Assembly: GCF_006345805.1 (NCBI RefSeq)
Contig: NC_043009.1
Location: 58,466,001-58,530,000, forward strand
Length of the DNA: 64,000 nucleotides
Reading direction: 5' to 3'
Source of the DNA: Octopus sinensis
Taxonomy: Eukaryota
Position numbers and translations under genes: made by a program. Positions 62,199 to 64,000 of this stretch are shown in pieces (position 1 is the stretch's first letter; every line of letters starts with the position of its first letter). The notes under the pieces were generated by a model that was not told the DNA's origin, ran no database searches, and saw nothing but the letters and a program-made list of their open reading frames with translations.

Positions 62199-64000
62199 AG
62201 CATCAACATCAACTGCAAGGATATGTAGCTAACCTTTAGAGTAACTGAATAAAATGTCCCCTCACACTACAGAGGAACGAACAATTTGCCTTCTGTTAGC
62301 GGCCGGACATTCTGTAAACGTATACAGTATCCCAATTCAGAAAAGACGCGCTACTTTTGGTTACAATATTATTGTTTCGTAAGAGTGTATTATCGAGATC
62401 GTATTTTCTCCGAAGACAAAGGAATGCTTCTCTTGTCATCGGCTCTATATCAGAGAAGCAGGTATGACGGAGCGATTTGGAAGAATGTTAACGAGTTCCA
62501 TCCCAATGCAAAGCACCTTGTGCAAATGTGATTGGTGATATACTGAAGTAAAGCAAAGACATATAAGAGAATTTGAGTAGATATAAAATATGTGTAAAAC
62601 CTCCGTGGCCGACTTAGATGTTTTTCAATAGATTTAATTCGTCCGCATATTTAATACCTGTATTTGGGTTTTCTCGGATGCAACACTTGATAACAATTCG
62701 ACTTAGGACTTATAAACCATTAGCCGTAACTTATCTCTCCCTTTCTTCCCCCTTAGTCTTGTAAGTTATCGTTCATCTCCGCAGCAGTGCATTCATTGAT
62801 AAAAGAAAAGAAGAATGACTGGAACGTCGATTAATTTTTACACTTCTCCGTATCATTGTATAATAATCTGAATAATAATGAGAGGCTTAGGAGAAAATTA
62901 GTGGAGTATAATTTGACAACTTACCATATTTCATGACATGAAACACGTTCGAGCATATCAGACCCAACCCGGATTCATCCGCATATATTCATGGGAAAAT
63001 AAGCGTCAGGGACATTATTAGATGATAGTAGGTTCAACTTCGCATATAAAGCTTGCAGTGACATTTTAAGAGATTTTGTTTGAGAAAAGATTGTCTTATA
63101 AGCCATCAAATGCAGTAACAAATTCGTAAGTTCTGTATGATACGTCATAAAGCAGATCCATAACCGAAACCACTTCAGTTGTGATTATCCTATTCTGAAA
63201 GTATCTTGTACTAACATTATCTAATATAGTCCGGACTGAGATAAAAGAGCATGTTGATTTATCTTTGAAGGCCGAGGGAGTCTGGAATAACTGGACGAAA
63301 GCGCCCTTAGATTGTAAAGTACTGAATTTCGAATTCTGAGTTGGGGGCACGTGATCTCCTTTCGAGAAAGATTTCAATTTCGATTCTCACTTTCCTACTT
63401 TTACTTTCATCTTAAATCTTCAAGTATTTCGCCACATCTGTTATAGTTTTCCGATTTCTTCCCCCCTACACACCTACACTCTCATAAACAAGTAAAAAAA
63501 AATCATTATTATTAATATCATTTCATCGTGACTATTATTATATTATTATCTTTATTAGCTTATCGACACCAAAAACGGAATTAATAATTCTTTGTTTTCT
63601 TGTTTTCTTTTCCGGTATTTGAAACGAACCTATATGTTCTGATTTTAGTTCAAAGACACTCAATAAGGAGAAATTGAAAGAAAACAAATGGCAAACAAAG
63701 AAAGAACAAGAAGAACAATAATGGCAAAATATTTAATAAATATGAACAAACAAAAAAGACCGAAACGAACCTAATGTTTTTTTTTTGTAGTTCTCTTAGT
63801 GGGTGTACGGTGTGTTGTGGTGGTGATTGTGTTTGAGTTATTACATGATAAGAATGGTGGTTTCGTTCGGGGCGGCCATATTCATAACTGCATAGAAGTA
63901 GTAGTAGTGGTGGTAGTAGTAGTAGTAGTGTAGTAGTAGTAGTATTTTGTAGTGGTAGTAGTTTTATTATTAGTAGTTGTAGTAGTAGTAATGGTAGTAA

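Noticed and set aside
63096-63377. Cadherin-like YEFVTAFDG motif
   Set aside because: Other cadherin motifs (LDRE/LDYE, DxNDNxP) are absent, and the frame is closed by nearby stops on both sides.

Overview
AT-rich, repeat-dominated eukaryotic DNA, probably intronic or intergenic. The tRNA-derived SINE families and very high microsatellite load point to an octopus genome (recognition from memory, not a database hit). No host protein-coding gene can be identified with confidence. Most ORFs in the supplied track are microsatellite artefacts. Real coding signal comes from transposon relics: two copies of a gag/ORF1-like (CCHC knuckle) element, Penelope-like RT and GIY-YIG remnants, a Tc1-like transposase, a DD37D (maT-type) mariner and an R4/Dong-like RT fragment. 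Main finding: both ORF1-only elements (19690-21232, 37837-40075) sit at the same nucleotide in the tRNA-like head of the dominant SINE. Each is flanked by a 9-nt duplication matching the local SINE variant, and neither has ORF2. This suggests a SINE-targeting, non-autonomous retroelement. Also notable: a tRNA-headed SINE carrying a minimal hammerhead ribozyme (14-nt TSD at 55.0-55.4 kb), a second hammerhead-fold family with an A6U core change, an 8x SINE-head minisatellite, and two large inverted-repeat structures. One 100-N gap. SINE family labels A-D are my own working names; element boundaries were read by eye.
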